DNA of 64,000 nt from Cycas panzhihuaensis (GCA_023213395.1 CM041465.1:144219741-144283740); one strand, 5' to 3'. Shown: positions 28,386 through 42,620, counted from the stretch's first letter. Numbers and translations are program-made. Notes: generated by a model not told the origin, from the letters alone.

Positions 28386-31065
28386 GTCCCATGTGTCATT
28401 TTGATAGATGGAGTGGATCGCGTCATCCATGGCAGCCAACCACTTTTCGTCTGCACATGCCTCCTCAAAAGTGGAAGGCTCAGGAGCAGTAAGCACTTCA
28501 GCCATAAGTGCGTAATTAACAGTGGGTGATGGCTGCATTTTGGATGGACGTTTGGGTAGCTTCTTCGTCAATGTGGCTTCATGGTCCTGTGATGGAGGTG
28601 ATTACTGAACCTCAGAAGAAGAAGAAGAAGGACACAATGAAGGAATTAAGGAAGATAAGGAGGAAGAAGAAGCAGCAGGTGCAGATGAAGTACAAGGAGT
28701 TGAGGAAGTTGAAGGGACAGATTCTTCAAGAATGGCTTTGCCTTTATCAAGGGAGAGAGGAAGAGCACTGATGTCGATCTCCCGATTGTCTTCTGCAAAG
28801 ACAACATCTCGTGAAGTATGCATCTTTCTAGTAATGGGATCAAACAATCGATATGCTTTACTGCCAAGTGCATATCCAATAGAGATGCATTTGAGACTTT
28901 TGTCATCGAATTTTTGTCTTTGCTCGTGAGGAATGTTCATGTAGGCTGTGCATCCAAAAGTTCGTAAGTGGCTGATCGTAGATTTTTGGCTAGTCCACGC
29001 CTCCTCCAGTGTCATGCCCAAAAGTGCAGAAGTTGAGCTGCGGTTTGATAGATACGCAACAGTAAGAAGTGCTTTTGCCCAATATGCTAATGAGAGACCT
29101 TTTGCATGCATCATAGCTTTTGCTTTACTGACCAAGGTTCTGTTCATCCTTTCTGCCACACCATTTTGCTGCGGTGTGTAAGGGGCAGAAAATTGGTGTT
29201 TGATGTTGTTTTGAATACATAAATGATTAAAATCCCTGGACATATACTCACCACCATTATCTGTTCTGAGTATTTTGATGCGCATGTCTGATTCATTTTC
29301 GACCGCAAGTTTAAATTCCTTGTTCAAAGCTTCTGACTTATGCTTTAGAAAGTAGATCCACACTTTATGTGAGAAATCATCAATGAATGTCATGAAGAAT
29401 GATGATCTTCCATCAGACTGAGTGGTCATGGGACCACAAATGTCAGAATGTACAAGATGTAATGGATGCTGTGCTCTCTAGGCCTTACCTTTCTCAAAAG
29501 GCTCGCGATGTTGCTTCCCCATAATGCATGATTCACAAAGGCAATTATCCCCAGAGATTTTGGGTAAGCCATAAACCAAGTTTTGTCTGAACATCTCCCT
29601 GATGCTGTTAAGATTAAGATGTCTGAGTCTTTCATGCCACAGTTGAGTCTTGTTTACAGAATGGGAGATATATGAATGAGATGATCCAGATGTTGTATCT
29701 AATTTGTAGAGGCCACAATCTTCATGACCAACTGCAACTATCTGGTCGTCTTTGTTCCTGATGACACACTTTCTGTCTTTGAACAACACACTCATCTGCT
29801 ACTTATCAAGCTGACTAATAGAAAGCAAATTTTTGGGCATTTCAGGAACTAAGAAAACATTCCCACTAGGAAATGCAGAATGCTGATCATGAGGTGTAAT
29901 TTGACCTATACCTGATATTTCGACAGTGGCATTGTCCCCAAATGTCATTGTTTCTCCCTTACATTCTTGAAAATTTGATAATATGTTTGCATCACCTGTC
30001 ATGTGACGTGATGCACCAGAATCAATGATCCAAGTATTATCATTATGACTGCCATTATATACAAAAAAGGTCATGTCACTTGGATCATGTTGAACTGTGT
30101 GGCCTTGAAAACCACCACGATTTGTCCTTCTTTGGCGACCACCTCGAAATGCACCTCGAGTTGGTCCTTGTTGCTGTTGATGTTGTTGACGTTGCTACGT
30201 CACCGATTCGATTCTTTGTCATGACGTTGATTCTGTTGTCGTTGAATTTGTTGTTGTTGTGGTTGTTGTAAGTCATGTTGATGTTTTTTGCAATTAGGCT
30301 GAATGTGGCCATGCCACAATAATGACATATGACAGTCTTTGATTTTACACTAAGACTGCCAAATTTTTTAAAAAAATTCTGCTTGGGCTGAAATTGCTGC
30401 TTGGGTTTAAACTTCGCGGAGAAAGCACCTGATGTGCTTGTATCATCTTGCTGCGAATAAATTTCTTCTTGTTGCAGCAATAAACGTTCTAACTCATTGA
30501 AAGTTAGAATTGACAAAGTACCATTTCGTGAAATGTCAGTAATAAAACCACTATATTCTTTCGGTAAAGCATGAATTGTCGCAGTAACCAAGTCTTCATT
30601 TGTGACTGGTTTACCAAGTGCTGTCAGTTGATTACTGATAGCCTTAATTGAAGATAAATAGGCTGCCATTGGAGCAACATACTTCAGACTGAATAATTTT
30701 GCTTTGTACATGACAATTCTTGCATCATCTTTTTGTTCATACAATGAAACAATTATGTCCCAAGCAATTTTAGAGGTTGAAGTAGATTCAATATTTTGAT
30801 CAACATTATCACTGATTGACAGATGAATAAAGGCGAGTGCAACTTTATCTTTAGCTTTGAAAGAAGCTAATGCAACAGGATCTGCTGGAATCAAATTTTG
30901 AGGATTAGCAGGATTAGGAGTTGGCTCGGGTTTGGCAATTTCACCTGATACATAACCCCATAACTCATTCGTAATCAACAAATTTTTTCCTTGCTTTTTC
31001 CAAGTAAGATAGTTTTTAGCACCTGTTAACTTAATGGTGTTTGCGTTTAGCATCTGAGTTGCCAT
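28386..31065 (-). pseudogene. copia B gag-pol fragment (Gag, protease, GAG-pre-integrase, integrase)
   Basis: KLTGAKNYLTW, CHYCG knuckle, WIIDSGASRHMTG, LWHERLRHLN, CESCIMGKQHR, FIDDFS, LRTDNGGEY, PQQNGVAERMNRTL; interrupted by stops and frameshifts. Confidence 0.92.
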
Positions 31066-33678
31066 CTTGATTCTGATGCAGGATGAAACTTGGAAACCTT
31101 TGAGTTGACGCTGCTTAAGTTCCACTCAATATCCAACAAAGATTAGTACGAGACTGAAAAAATTGTGGACGGAATGGAGGTCTTGGCTCGCAAGTTGTCC
31201 AACTTGATAGCAGGATCAGTGTTGGCCAAGTTATCGGCACTTTGAGGTAGAGTATAAACTCTTTTCGAGCCTCCCCACTTAAATGTTTAATGAATAGAAG
31301 TGGGTTGATTTAGTGCTGAAAAATGTGTGCTTGTGGGCCTTGTTTGCTGTTGAAAAACTTTGTCAAAAAGACTTCAAGATACAATGTAGTTGCATTGAAT
31401 GTCAGATAATGCAACTAAGTTCAAAGAGTGATCTCACAGAGAGATAAGCAACAGCTTAACACCACAATTTTAATGCCTTCAGCAAGTCGGAAATGAAGCA
31501 AGTCCACCATGAACACCTGGGATCAAAAAAAGATCCCTACGCACTAAAAAATTTGAAGCTTTTATTAATCTGTCCCCTTTTGTAGTTGATGTTGATTCTC
31601 ACTAAAAGTGGGTCATCTCGCAGGGAGCCTAGTGAGAAAAAAAAGTTTTTAAATGATACAATTTAAGGCTTAAAACAAGCCAAAAATGATGGTGTTTAAA
31701 TCACCATAATACACTTAGGAGACTTTTACAAAATAGTGTGATTAGCATACTTATGAAAATTTTGAAATTGATCCCTTTTTGGACTAAAAAATAATGACTT
31801 AAGTCACTAAAGAACTTAGTGTCGTTAAAAATGAGTAATTTAAAAAAAAAAGAAAGGTAATAAAATCACTTTAAAATAGTGATTTTAGATTCAAAATAAT
31901 AATTGCAAATTTTTTATGTTTTAGTGTGATTACCACACTAAACAAAATGTCAATAACAAAGCTCTTTCAATGAAAAATGAAGTTAAGAGGACAAAATGAA
32001 GAAAAACTTTAGAAATTTAAGGTTTAAAAAAAAAATTTAAAAGAGAATATCCTTTGAATATATACCATATGTTATAATATATGGTTATTGAGCTTTATAA
32101 TTAATCGAATTTCTTCGTTTATGTGTAAACCAGCGGTTGTGACTTCCTTACCAGGGGCGCCCATTGCCCATGGATTTACTTACCAGGTGCGCCGAGATTG
32201 TGAGCGCCGCCGATGGGGATAATGTGCATGGTAGGGACACGGAGCCGTCGATGGAAGCCGCTGTTGTTACGTGGACAGGACGAGCCGCAGGTCGCACGAA
32301 GATAGATGGGAGGTGTTCGCAATTAGGAGGACGTCAGGTCCGGAAAGATTGAAGAGCCGCCTGAGGTAGATGCAGTCCATGGAACTGGAAAGGAGCATGG
32401 AGCCTATGGGAGGTTGACACCAGGTGGACAGGGTCGAATGCACTACGCAAGAGTAGCCTCAGGTCTTACGGCTAATTTTCGAGTTTCATTGTGGAGTCGC
32501 CCACGTGAAAAAAGAGGCTGTTAGTACAGTGGAGGAAGAGGCGATGTTAGAGGTGCACATTGAAGCCACCGAAGCTGCACAAGAGGACAAACAGACAAAG
32601 CCGATGAAAGCCGCATCACAGACAGAACACGTCGGAATCCACACGGTAGTCGTCAAGGCACAAAGAGAGCCGAACAAAGAGTAGCAGGTGTGTGAGCCGC
32701 ACAGAGCACAACGCACCATGCAAGAGATATGTCACGGAGCAAGTGAAGGTGCAATTACATAAGAGTTGCACAATGGGAGCCACTCAGAGCCGTAAATTGT
32801 AGAGCCACACCGTGAATACTTTGTAGAGCAGCTTCAAAGTATTGCTTTCACTTGAGTTTAGTCTTCAATCTAGGAGTCCAGTGACAAGAGCAAGTCAAGT
32901 GTTTCTTGATGTTGTACTTCAGGTTAATGGAGAGCAAAGATTGCAAGAGCCAAACAACAATCCTCTAATTTTGCATGCAGTAAGAGATTCATAGCATTCT
33001 CAAAGATGAAGCTTAATACACGAAGGACAAAGGATTTAGAATTCTCTTTTTTTTTTTTGTTAACAGACACAAAGTGAACCAGCCATTTAAGTGGCTAAAA
33101 AGAGGACTGTCAAACAAAAATAGTGGCTTTAAAGAAGAACTTTAATACAAATCCTTTATAAGGAAAATAATTCAAGGTTAATACCCTTTAAGAGTCCCTC
33201 CAACAAGATAAACGACACTGGACAACCACCACTTTCTCCTTTAGAACCTCTCCTTCCTTTTTTTTATTATTATTATTTTTTTAAGACAACAAAGTGAAAA
33301 TTTGAAACAAACTCTTGAAATAATTAATAATTTCAAGAATTATGTGTACATAACAATTTCTTACACATAAATGAGGCCCCTCTTCTAAAAAAACTTCATA
33401 AAGTTGCTTGTGCACCAAACTTTGCCAACAAAATGCAAAGATTGCAACACAACTTTGGACTTGTGTAAAAAACACATAAAGATTAGCTCCAAATCACCTG
33501 CAAATCTTAGTATCAAGGTCCCTTTTTCAGTGTAAACAAAATCCTTGAACAATAAACCTCAAGAAATTACTCCTTGCTCCAGCTGGATCGCCTTCATATG
33601 GCGAAGGTTGTCACCAAACTTGGAGAAAATCGAAGCCAAAAATCTCCTCCTCAAGATGTCACAGCTCTGATACTAAAT

Positions 33679-34214
33679 TGAAAGACCAAATGGAGAAGAT
33701 ACAAGCACCAGAATCTATAGAGGAACTAGATAGGACAATGAAATATGAAGGACTAAATATTTTAGATTAATGAAAAGATGTAGTACAACACAAAAGAATA
33801 ATAGGGAAGAGTATTGAACTTCAACTCGACCTATCATGAACACAAGTATGAAGGAGAATTCATCTCAACACTTCACCTACAAGAGACACTTACAACAGCA
33901 TAACTCTAACTCCAATACTACATCCAAAACATGAAAATAGGACTCCTTATAAAGGAGTTTGGACGATTAGGATCTCACCACATGTCACTGATCAACACTA
34001 AAAGACAAATCTGATTAGGACTCTTCTATCCTCAAAGATAAGTATAGAGCCCTCTAAAGTTGACTTCTCACAAGCACATGTGAGAAAAGTCACTACAAGT
34101 CAAAAGACAATTTTATAATCAAACAAATGAACACTTTAGGATAAAGGTCTAAAGTGACAAAAATACTAATACCTATGGTCAAGACTTAATGCTTAGGAAA
34201 TGAAGGTTCTAACA
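33679..34214 (-). repeat. 5' LTR of copia B (536 bp)
   Basis: Reverse complement aligns end to end with 51720-52256. Confidence 0.92.
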
Positions 34215-34599
34215 AGATGTGCAAGTGAGGGAAGAAATTTTGTGCCAAGAACATGGGATGAGAAGTATGCCTGTGGAGAAGATTGTTCATGTTTAAATTG
34301 TTTAGAAAAATGATTCAACTATAGTTGATGCTCTAGCTACCTTTAGGCTCAGTTTGCTCCAATAAACACGCATACGATGAGTTTCATATGATGCATGCTA
34401 AGAACTCTCTACAAGAACAGAAAATGAAATTGTTAAACACAGTGATGACTTTTATGAATTAGAAATTGCCATTTTCTATTAGGTTTTAGTCAGGAAAATT
34501 AATTTTAAAATCAAGGTAAATATTGGTTGCATATTGACTAGATTGAGTTTTCTTTGCTTCTATATAAGTATGTGTGTGTCTGCTTTTATCCTTTTGCAG

Positions 34600-34652
34600 A
34601 TTTTTGGTATGGCAGAGCAGGAAATGGAGTATAGGGTTGATCTTTTCAACAA
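34600..34652 (+). CDS. TIM10: Tim10 coding exon 2 (IFGMAEQEMEYRVDLFN plus split K codon)
   Basis: Acceptor TTTTGCAG ending 34599; donor AA|GTATGC at 34653 (phase 2); characteristic EMEYRVxLFNK motif. The twin CX3C exon(s) were not found in the window. Confidence 0.9.
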
Positions 34653-35333
34653 GTATGCCATCTGCTTATTTCATCTCACTTTAATGCTTGTTTGGACATG
34701 GCTGCCAAATTAAATTGGTGAACCTACAGCTTAAACTGTGTTCCCGCATATCATGCATTTAATAATGTTAAATCCATTGGTAATATGTTTCTTGTTTTGT
34801 GTGTGCCTGGGTTCTTGGTGGCTTATGCATATGGGGTTGATTGTGGCCTATGCATGCTTTTAAACAGTCAACAGTGTTTTCCAGGCGAACTACTACTATA
34901 AAATTATTATTCTGGAAGTTATTTAAAGGAACTAGATATGATATGAAAGATGAAATGTGTCAGACTCAGAATCTAAATTGTCTTGAAATGTGCTGTAGGG
35001 GTGTGCTTTGGTTGACTAAAACACTTCTGGTGTGTTTTGGGATGGGCTAAATCATTTGGGTCTTGACCAAAATGATTCAGACCCTAGAATCCATAAATAG
35101 CCATGTTTCAATCAGAAAAACAAAAATACAATGGGGCATAAAAAATCTAGAAACAAAGGATCATTTGAAAATCTGGGGTCAAAATTGACATAACTGCAGA
35201 CTATCTCATGTTGGTTGCTTCACTGCGTTTGTGCTTATGTCTGCATCTCTCTCTCTCTCAACTGCACCTATGTCTCTATTGTGTCTGTGCATTGGAATTG
35301 GAACAACTTTAGGTTGAGTGCATCTCTAACTTA

Positions 35334-35563
35334 TGTGTGTGTGTGTGTGTGTGTGTGTATTATATTCAGTCAACTGATCCGGGAATGTCAAGGGTGCTTG
35401 AAGTCGTTGAAAGCATATGATGTGACTTAGGGCTGGCACTGTGAATCCATCGACTGCACTCTTAAAAAATGTCTTTTTGTGTAATAACCAAAAACAGGGT
35501 TGGCTTGAAAAAATGATGAAAAAGTATTTTTACTCTAAATAAAAGAGAGAGAGAGAGAGAGAG
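35334..35563. repeat. (TG)n at about 35334-35358 and (GA)n at about 35544-35563 microsatellites
   Basis: Direct reading. Confidence 0.85.
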
Positions 35564-36640
35564 CGCTTTTGCTGTAGGGCTAGGATTGTAACATTTTAGC
35601 CAAAAATCTTAAAAAAAAAGGAAAAAAGGAAGGAAAAAATGCAGAAAAAAATGTGGAAAAAACTAGTGGGCCCTGTCTTATATCTTGCTACCGTCAATAA
35701 AAGCTCAACTCTGAAAGGATGTTCACATGCATGAAGGGAACACAGCTGTTAACCCAAACCCCAACCCAAACAATAAGTGAAGATCAAGTTGACAAATTTT
35801 TGAGAAAGATGTGGGTTTGCATCATTTATATTGATATGTTTTGACTTTTGATATTTGGTTAAAATTAACTTTTATTGATGTCGTCTTGTCTCTTTAAGTT
35901 TTTATGTTCTATGTGATGACATGTAAGATCACTTGATATTTTGTGATGACAATGGATGATGAGTAATAAGCAATGTTGGGCCTTGCAAGTTTCTACCATG
36001 TACATTGTAATATGAAGTATTTACATTTGAATTATGGTTCATGTGACCAGACTGATGTTTTTGAATGGAACATCTGTTTTATTTTATTTTTGTTTTTTTG
36101 GATGGTGTATAGAAAAAAAAAATGTAGGTCCAGAACACAAATTCTCTCATCCCTGGTGTTTTTAAGTTTGAAACCCTGAAACTCAGATGAGATATTTAGA
36201 ACTCATGTTTCTGCATCTGAAACTTTGAAATGTGGAAATCATGTTTCACTTTTTAGGACATCTATGCCCAAAAATTAAAACCATTTCTCAACCTATTTGA
36301 CCCCATTTCAGGTGTTGCTGATAACCTATCTAGAAAATTTCTGACCAATAGCAAATCTGGAAATGGCTTAACTTTGTAGGGTAATTATTTTTCCAAGTTG
36401 TTTTTCGTTAATAGGTAAATTTAAGTTTATCTTCAATATATTAAAAATTAGTGTTATAGGTTTCTAAAATATGGGGCTAGTCATTCTGTTTATTTACAGC
36501 TACATTCCTTTTCGTTTTTGTCCTACGTATTCAAGAGGGATAATATCCCAGGACCCAAAGTGCTTTTTATTGAAGTATGTTATAGTTGTGCAAGTTAAAT
36601 TTAAGGCTTGCAAATTAAATTGTAATGTTTGTACAGTTAT

Positions 36641-37795
36641 CCATTCACAGTTACTTATTATAGGGTGAAAGTATTAAGGAAGCTGGAGTCAAACCATTTG
36701 GAGGTATTGTTGAAGCCTAGAGAAAGTTATGTTCGAGAGAAATTAAGTGTTGATGGTGAACCATTGCTTTATTGTAGAGTATCTTGTAGGTGTGAGCTTC
36801 ATGCTTATAGAGGTCCTTTCCTTACTCAAAAGAGGGCCATGCCTATAACTAATCACGATGGATCTTCTACTGCTATTCTCAAATATGCAAGTTGAAACCG
36901 AATGCCAGGTTGAAAATGAGTTTAGAGAAGAGGTGAACCTTTCTATAGCAAGGTTGATAGAACTCTTTAGAGGAGTCTCTGAGACTTCCTAGGAATTGAG
37001 CAACAGAGTGGAAAATTTCAAGAATGAACTCCATAGAAGAAGAACATACTAACGGAGAGAGTGTGGCTATGGAGGACCTTTGTAGCATTTTGCTGAAAAT
37101 CAAAATAGGGGGGGAAACTACTATAGACGATGCATAATATTGTTAACCTGGAAAGAACCATATACAAATATTTTGTTCCCTTGATTTTTTGGTTTTTTAA
37201 AGGGCTTTATATGAGCTCCATTCACAATTACTTATTATAGGGTGAAAGTAATTAAGGAAGCTGGAGTCGAACCATTTGGAGGTGTTGTTGGAGCCTAGAG
37301 AGAGTTATGTTTGAAAGCAATTGAATGTTGATGGTGAACCATCACTTTATTGTAGAGTATCTTGTACTTGTGAGCTTAATGCTTATAAAGGTCCTTTTCC
37401 TACTCAAAAGAGGGCCATGCCCATAACTAGTCACATTGGATCTTCTACTGCTCATCTCAAGCATGCATGTTGAAACAAAATACCTGGTTGAAAATGAGTT
37501 TAGAGAAGAAGTGAACGTTTCTAGAGCAAGGTCAATATGAGCTCTTTAGAGTAGTCTGAAAATTCTTAGGAATTGAGCAATGAAGCGGAAGTTCAAGATT
37601 GGACTTCATGGAAGAGGAACATCCTAACAAAGAGACTGTGGCTATGGAGGGCCTTTGTAGCATTTTGCTGAAAATTGCAATAGTGGTGAAAGTACTATAG
37701 ACAATGCATAATATTGTTAACATGAAAAGAACCTTACACAAGTATTTTGGCCCCTTGATGATTTGTTGTTTTTTTCAAGGGCTTTGTATAATCTT
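36641..37795 (+). repeat. Tandem duplication, two diverged copies of about 577 bp
   Basis: CCATTCACA(G/A)TTACTTATTATAGGGTGAAAGTA starts at 36641 and 37218; the copies align throughout. Confidence 0.9.
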
Positions 37796-38189
37796 CTAGT
37801 TTTGTAAAGAAAAGGAAACAACATTGGAGAAGCTGAAGAGCCAGATGGTTTTTTGCTTGATCTTGAAATTGCTGTGTCATTTGTTGTCAGTTGGCACATG
37901 ATTTAACTTAATTATTTGTGCTTGGGATTGAGTTCTACAATGACAGCTCACGTCTTTCACCAGGATTTTGCTGGAGACAGGCCGCAGGTGATCATGATTA
38001 GTGTGTATGCTGGGATTGAATAACATGTGCACAATGACTGAACAGCATATGCATTGCGACTGTGACAGTAGCATATATTGCTACTGCAACAAAATGGTAT
38101 ATATTGCTAGTACAATCGAACAATATATATTGTGACTGCAATTGAACAATGAGTGCTCTGCAACTGAATAATACATATTGTATCTAGCT

Positions 38190-39336
38190 GGTTACACTAG
38201 GTGTTGTGGAACTCATTAACTCCTCCAAGATTGAGAGGTAATTATCCCAATTTCAAGGCACCTTGAAGATGTGGGAAATCACAGTCTAATATGGCTGATG
38301 ATTGGTGTGGATGATTATTTCCTTGCTGAGAAGAAAATGTTGTCAATACTTAAGAGCTTGGACAAGAGTATAGAATTCCTTGTGATAAGCACTGTAGTTT
38401 TTTTGGCCTATAAAAAGGTCTTTGTGAGATGTGGAACATGTCTTCCAGCTTAAGAACAATTTCCATTGCAAGCTGAGAGGTATCTATCTCTACCTCAAAA
38501 GGTTGCCATAGATTTGGTCATCTAAGGATTGAGTTTGTGCATAAAGCATCTTTCAACCTGTTGAATGTTGTTATCTGCACCCATTCCCAAGTGAAAAGAG
38601 TTTTGTTCTTTGAGAAAGCATGTAGTGGAAGAGCAGTTTTTGAATACCTCTAGATGGACTTCTTATTGAAGTTTGTGGGCCCAAGAAAACTGCATGAGTT
38701 AGTGAGAGTTGTAGATGGTGCCTAGTCCTGATCAGCTGTACTTTCCCTAGACTTCTTTTAGATTGACATGAATGCCTTGTGTACCAATGATAAATCATAG
38801 ATAAACAATTGAGGTCTGACCAAAGAAACATGTCCTCTTCTTGGCCGTCAATGGGTGATAGTGAAGAGTGTTTAGACCCCTTGTACACGTTGGAAATGGC
38901 CAGACCAAGTCTTATGGTAAACTAAAATGTTTTCAAGATAAACAATAACAGCCTGACACAAATAGGGGTGAAGGATGTCATTTGTGAGTTGCATGAATGT
39001 GGCTAGAGCATTTATTAAATTAAAAGGCATGATGAGCCACCTATTTAGACCAACCCTAGTTCTGATGCAGTCTTTTAAGTGTTGGAAGATCCCACTTACA
39101 CTTGATGGTAATCTATGGTCATATCGATCTTGGTGAAGAAGCATGCCCCATGCAATTGGACTAGTAGGTCAACCCTTGATGTGTATTTACGGTGATTGGG
39201 AACTTAGAGAATGTCATTTGAATGTTAAGGATTGTCGAAGGGGTGACGTAGATGAAATTCTCTTCTATCATTTATGGGAAATAGATTACAATCACACATA
39301 CACTTGTGCTTGTACAATGATATGCCTCTCAATTTA
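38190..39336 (-). mobile_element. Degraded Ty3/gypsy RT-RNase H fragment G
   Basis: WLIMPFNLINALATFMQLTNDILHPYL..VIVYLENILVY is a decayed WLVMPFGLTNAPATF...VYLDDILVY; boundaries approximate. Confidence 0.7.
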
Positions 39337-41559
39337 TGTTGAGGGCTAGTAACCACATAAAAACCCTAAACTACCTAACCAACTAATTGACCTAGTTAGT
39401 TTAATAAATTCAACTAACTGACGACTTAATTAACTAGCTAGCCTAAGTGTACTCTACAAAAAAGTACAATTTATTATGCATTACATTACATAATGTCATA
39501 ATACGTGGATGAGTATTTCTCATCATTCGTCCTTGTTGTAGAGGAAATTGTCCCAATTTTTTGGTCTTCAATGGATATGCAAGAGGTGATTTGCAATGGT
39601 TGTGGTGAACTATGCCGTATTCTCCTTGTCTACCATGAAGAAAGATGATGTCATACAAGATCACTTGCAAGAAGTGCATTTAATCAGTATAGGGGGTGAG
39701 CAATCCCACATAAGAACCATTGGCTAGTAGAAGATGCTAATGGGATATCTCTAGGTATCTTGCTGATGGTCGTAAACTGGGATGCCTCAAAATGTGTGTC
39801 TAATGGACCTTGAAGGAAAGTCATATAGAGTATAATTTATTTAATTATGCCCTTCCTTTATGTGGTGTACGTGTGGCATGATGTTGCATCGTGCTGCCTG
39901 TGTTGGGTCTGAATTCACTTGAATGTGCAAGATACTTGTATGTTTATTTGAAACCATGGTTGTGGGTGCATTCATTACCAAGATGTGAGAATGATTTGCA
40001 TATTGCTCTACTTGGTCCTAAATAGACATCACTAGTGGTGTAGGTGGTGTTTGCCATAGAATTGTTGGGGTAAAATTTGGTACTTGTGCACCTTGGATAG
40101 TGGAAAACTAGCAAAATATGTCTAACATAACCTAATGAGTGCAGAAATGCATCAACTATGGGTCGGACGAAAGAATGCATGATAGAATCCAAAGGAAACT
40201 GCCAAAAAAGAGCTCTCGGGGAATGCTGGAAGGGGTATGTTTCGAAATGGAATGCAACATTGTTTGGAACACACATGGTGTTGAAATAATGTACATTTCC
40301 ATTACATGTCCATTTAAGTTCATTTCATTAGAATAATTGCTCACATAGAATATTCTTGATGAGAATATTCTAGTGAGAGAAGATTCTTAGTCAAAGTTTC
40401 TAGAAGTCAAAGATGCTCCAACTATTAATGAGGTAGTTTGAGCACACCAAAAATCATGGGAGTTGTTGAACCACCTCCAATGTTTAGACTTAGTGTAAAG
40501 TTATAAATATGTATTTGTACCTTGCATATTTTCTTAATGAGATTTGGAGAGTTGTGAGTCATTTGTCATATTGTCATCTCTTGTGTATTTCACATGTGCT
40601 TTATGACATGTCTCCTACTCCTATCCAGTCATTCCTACATGGTATTAGAGCATAGGTTATGGACAATTGTATGCTGGAATCTATTGCTAATTTCTGCCAT
40701 GTATGCGTGCTAGGTTCTGTTTTAAGAAGAATCTGCCCTCCTCTCTTTACAACTGTTTGGCTAGCTCAATATATATTGAGAAGGTAACATGGCTGGTTTA
40801 TAAACCTCTGTCTACCCATACGTAGGGTGAGGTAGCCATTACCTGTCAATTTGCAATTTTGAGTGTCACTCTTTCTCCCTGTAACCGCCTTGTTGTCTAC
40901 TCATTGCTAGACTAACACTTGTTGAGGGCTCACCAGCCGTAGATGGTAAGAGGTAGCTGTCGGTCTTGGGAGACTCCACGCAGGTTTGAAATAGCTCATT
41001 AAACCCTTGTCGCACTCTATTTTGCAGCCCTTTGGAGTCGCAACCTATATTGTGGACATCACCAAATGGGAACCGTTGGACGGGAGTCGCCACTGCTTCC
41101 GTCGAGGACAGTCGTCCGGATTTGACATCATAAAAAGTCTGGGCCTCCGTTTTGGATTTGGCACCGCTAGCTACTGTTCGATCCCCGCTGAAGGAGCCAT
41201 CGTCCCGGATTGCACATCGCTTGAACACCTAATGTCGTAGCCACCGTTCAACCTGCTCATGCTATGGAAGGGAACCGCCATACTCCTTATGCCGTCGTTG
41301 CCTGTCGCCGCCAGGGCCTGGTCCACGGGAGCCACCACGAACGCCACCTGCCAATGTCGCCGTTGCCAAGGAACAACGTCGCCGGAATGGAAAGACGAGT
41401 CGTCGGAGACGAGGAACCTGCCCGAACAACCGCCGGTTAGCGAGCCGCCGGCAACATAAATCAAAAAACAATTTCGATTATATATATGGGTTAACTCAAA
41501 ATATTGATATATGCATATTAGCATATTCTTGTGAATATGCTTATTTTAATTCAAGTTTC

Positions 41560-42620
41560 TTTTTAAGGTTCTTTTATCTTTTATAAAGGAACTTTTATAA
41601 AAGAAATTTTCATCAAGTGGGGTCCATTACTTTAAAGGGGAATTTAAGCTATTTAGCTTTATAATTAATCCTTCTTTAAGTCTTCTCTTTGACTTTATTT
41701 GAAGAATATCTTCAAAAGATATTTATTGACTATATAAGGGTGCTTCAAGAGGATATGTTTTATGTGCTTCATTCTTTTTAAAAGGATATTTATGGCGACA
41801 TATGAGGTGCTTTAAGGGTCCTCATAATGTACATTGTCCTCTTTTAAAAGCACCTTTTTTGGCTTCATAGAAAAGTACCTTAAGAGGAATTTAAATACAT
41901 CTTATCCTCTTTTAAAGTGTAATTGAGGTATCTCTTGAAGAATATTTTAAGGGGATTCTTTATCCTCTTTAAAAGAGATTTTTTGGTGGTATAAAAGGAA
42001 TACTTTAAGAGGATCTAATTAAGTATTTTATCCTATTTTTAAAGTATTTTTTTAGCACAATGTAGTACTTCAAGAGGACTCTTCATTTTATCCTTTTTTA
42101 AAAGGATATTTTTGGCGACATAAGAGGGATATTTTTGGTAACATAAAGATGCTTTAAGAGGATTGTCTTGAGTACTTAATCCTCTTCTTCAAAGTATCTA
42201 TTGGTGGCATATAAGAGGATTTTTTCCTCTTCTTTAAAGTACATTATTGGTGGCATAAAAGAGCAAATTTTTGGCGGACATGTAAAGTACCTTAAGAGGA
42301 ACTTTCAATATATTTAATCCTCTTTTTCAAGGTACATTTTTTGGTGGTGTAAAAGGGTATAATACCTTAAGGAGTTTGTCTTTTTTTAAAGGTATTTTTG
42401 GCTTCAATGTAAGAGTACTTTATGAGCATTTTCTCAAGTACTTTATCCTCTTTAGAGCATATCTTTGACTCTATTTTAAGGAGGATTCTTTAATGTACTT
42501 TGAGAGTATTTTAAAGGGGAGACTTTATTGTACTTTGCCCTCCTTTGAGAACATTTTAAGAGGACTTTCTATTGTACTTCATCCTCTTTTGATGATGTAT
42601 TTAAAAGGTGTTTTAAACCT
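41560..42620 (+). repeat. Degenerate AT-rich array of AAGAGGA...TCCTCTT units inside D
   Basis: About ten recurrences spaced roughly 60-80 bp apart. Confidence 0.7.

Larger units (their letters stand above)
28386..34214 (-). mobile_element. Ty1/copia element B, truncated at start of RT, in TIM10 intron
   Basis: 5' LTR 33679-34214 (TG...CA), PBS TAGTATCAGAGC (Met-tRNAi type variant), about 2.6-kb leader, Gag, PR, IN, RT start QNDTWDL; clearly homologous to element C. Confidence 0.93.

Noticed and set aside
34653-34662. U12-type donor after TIM10 exon
   Set aside because: GTATGCCA does not match GTATCCTT; treated as ordinary U2.
34990-36360. hAT/MITE-like TAGGG termini
   Set aside because: No matching inverted terminus with an 8-bp TSD identified.
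40866-41524. ORFs in the GC-rich block of D (and similar ORFs at 32164-32719 and 53352-53627)
   Set aside because: No recognisable domain; overlapping ORFs on both strands are expected from high GC in LTR-element leaders.
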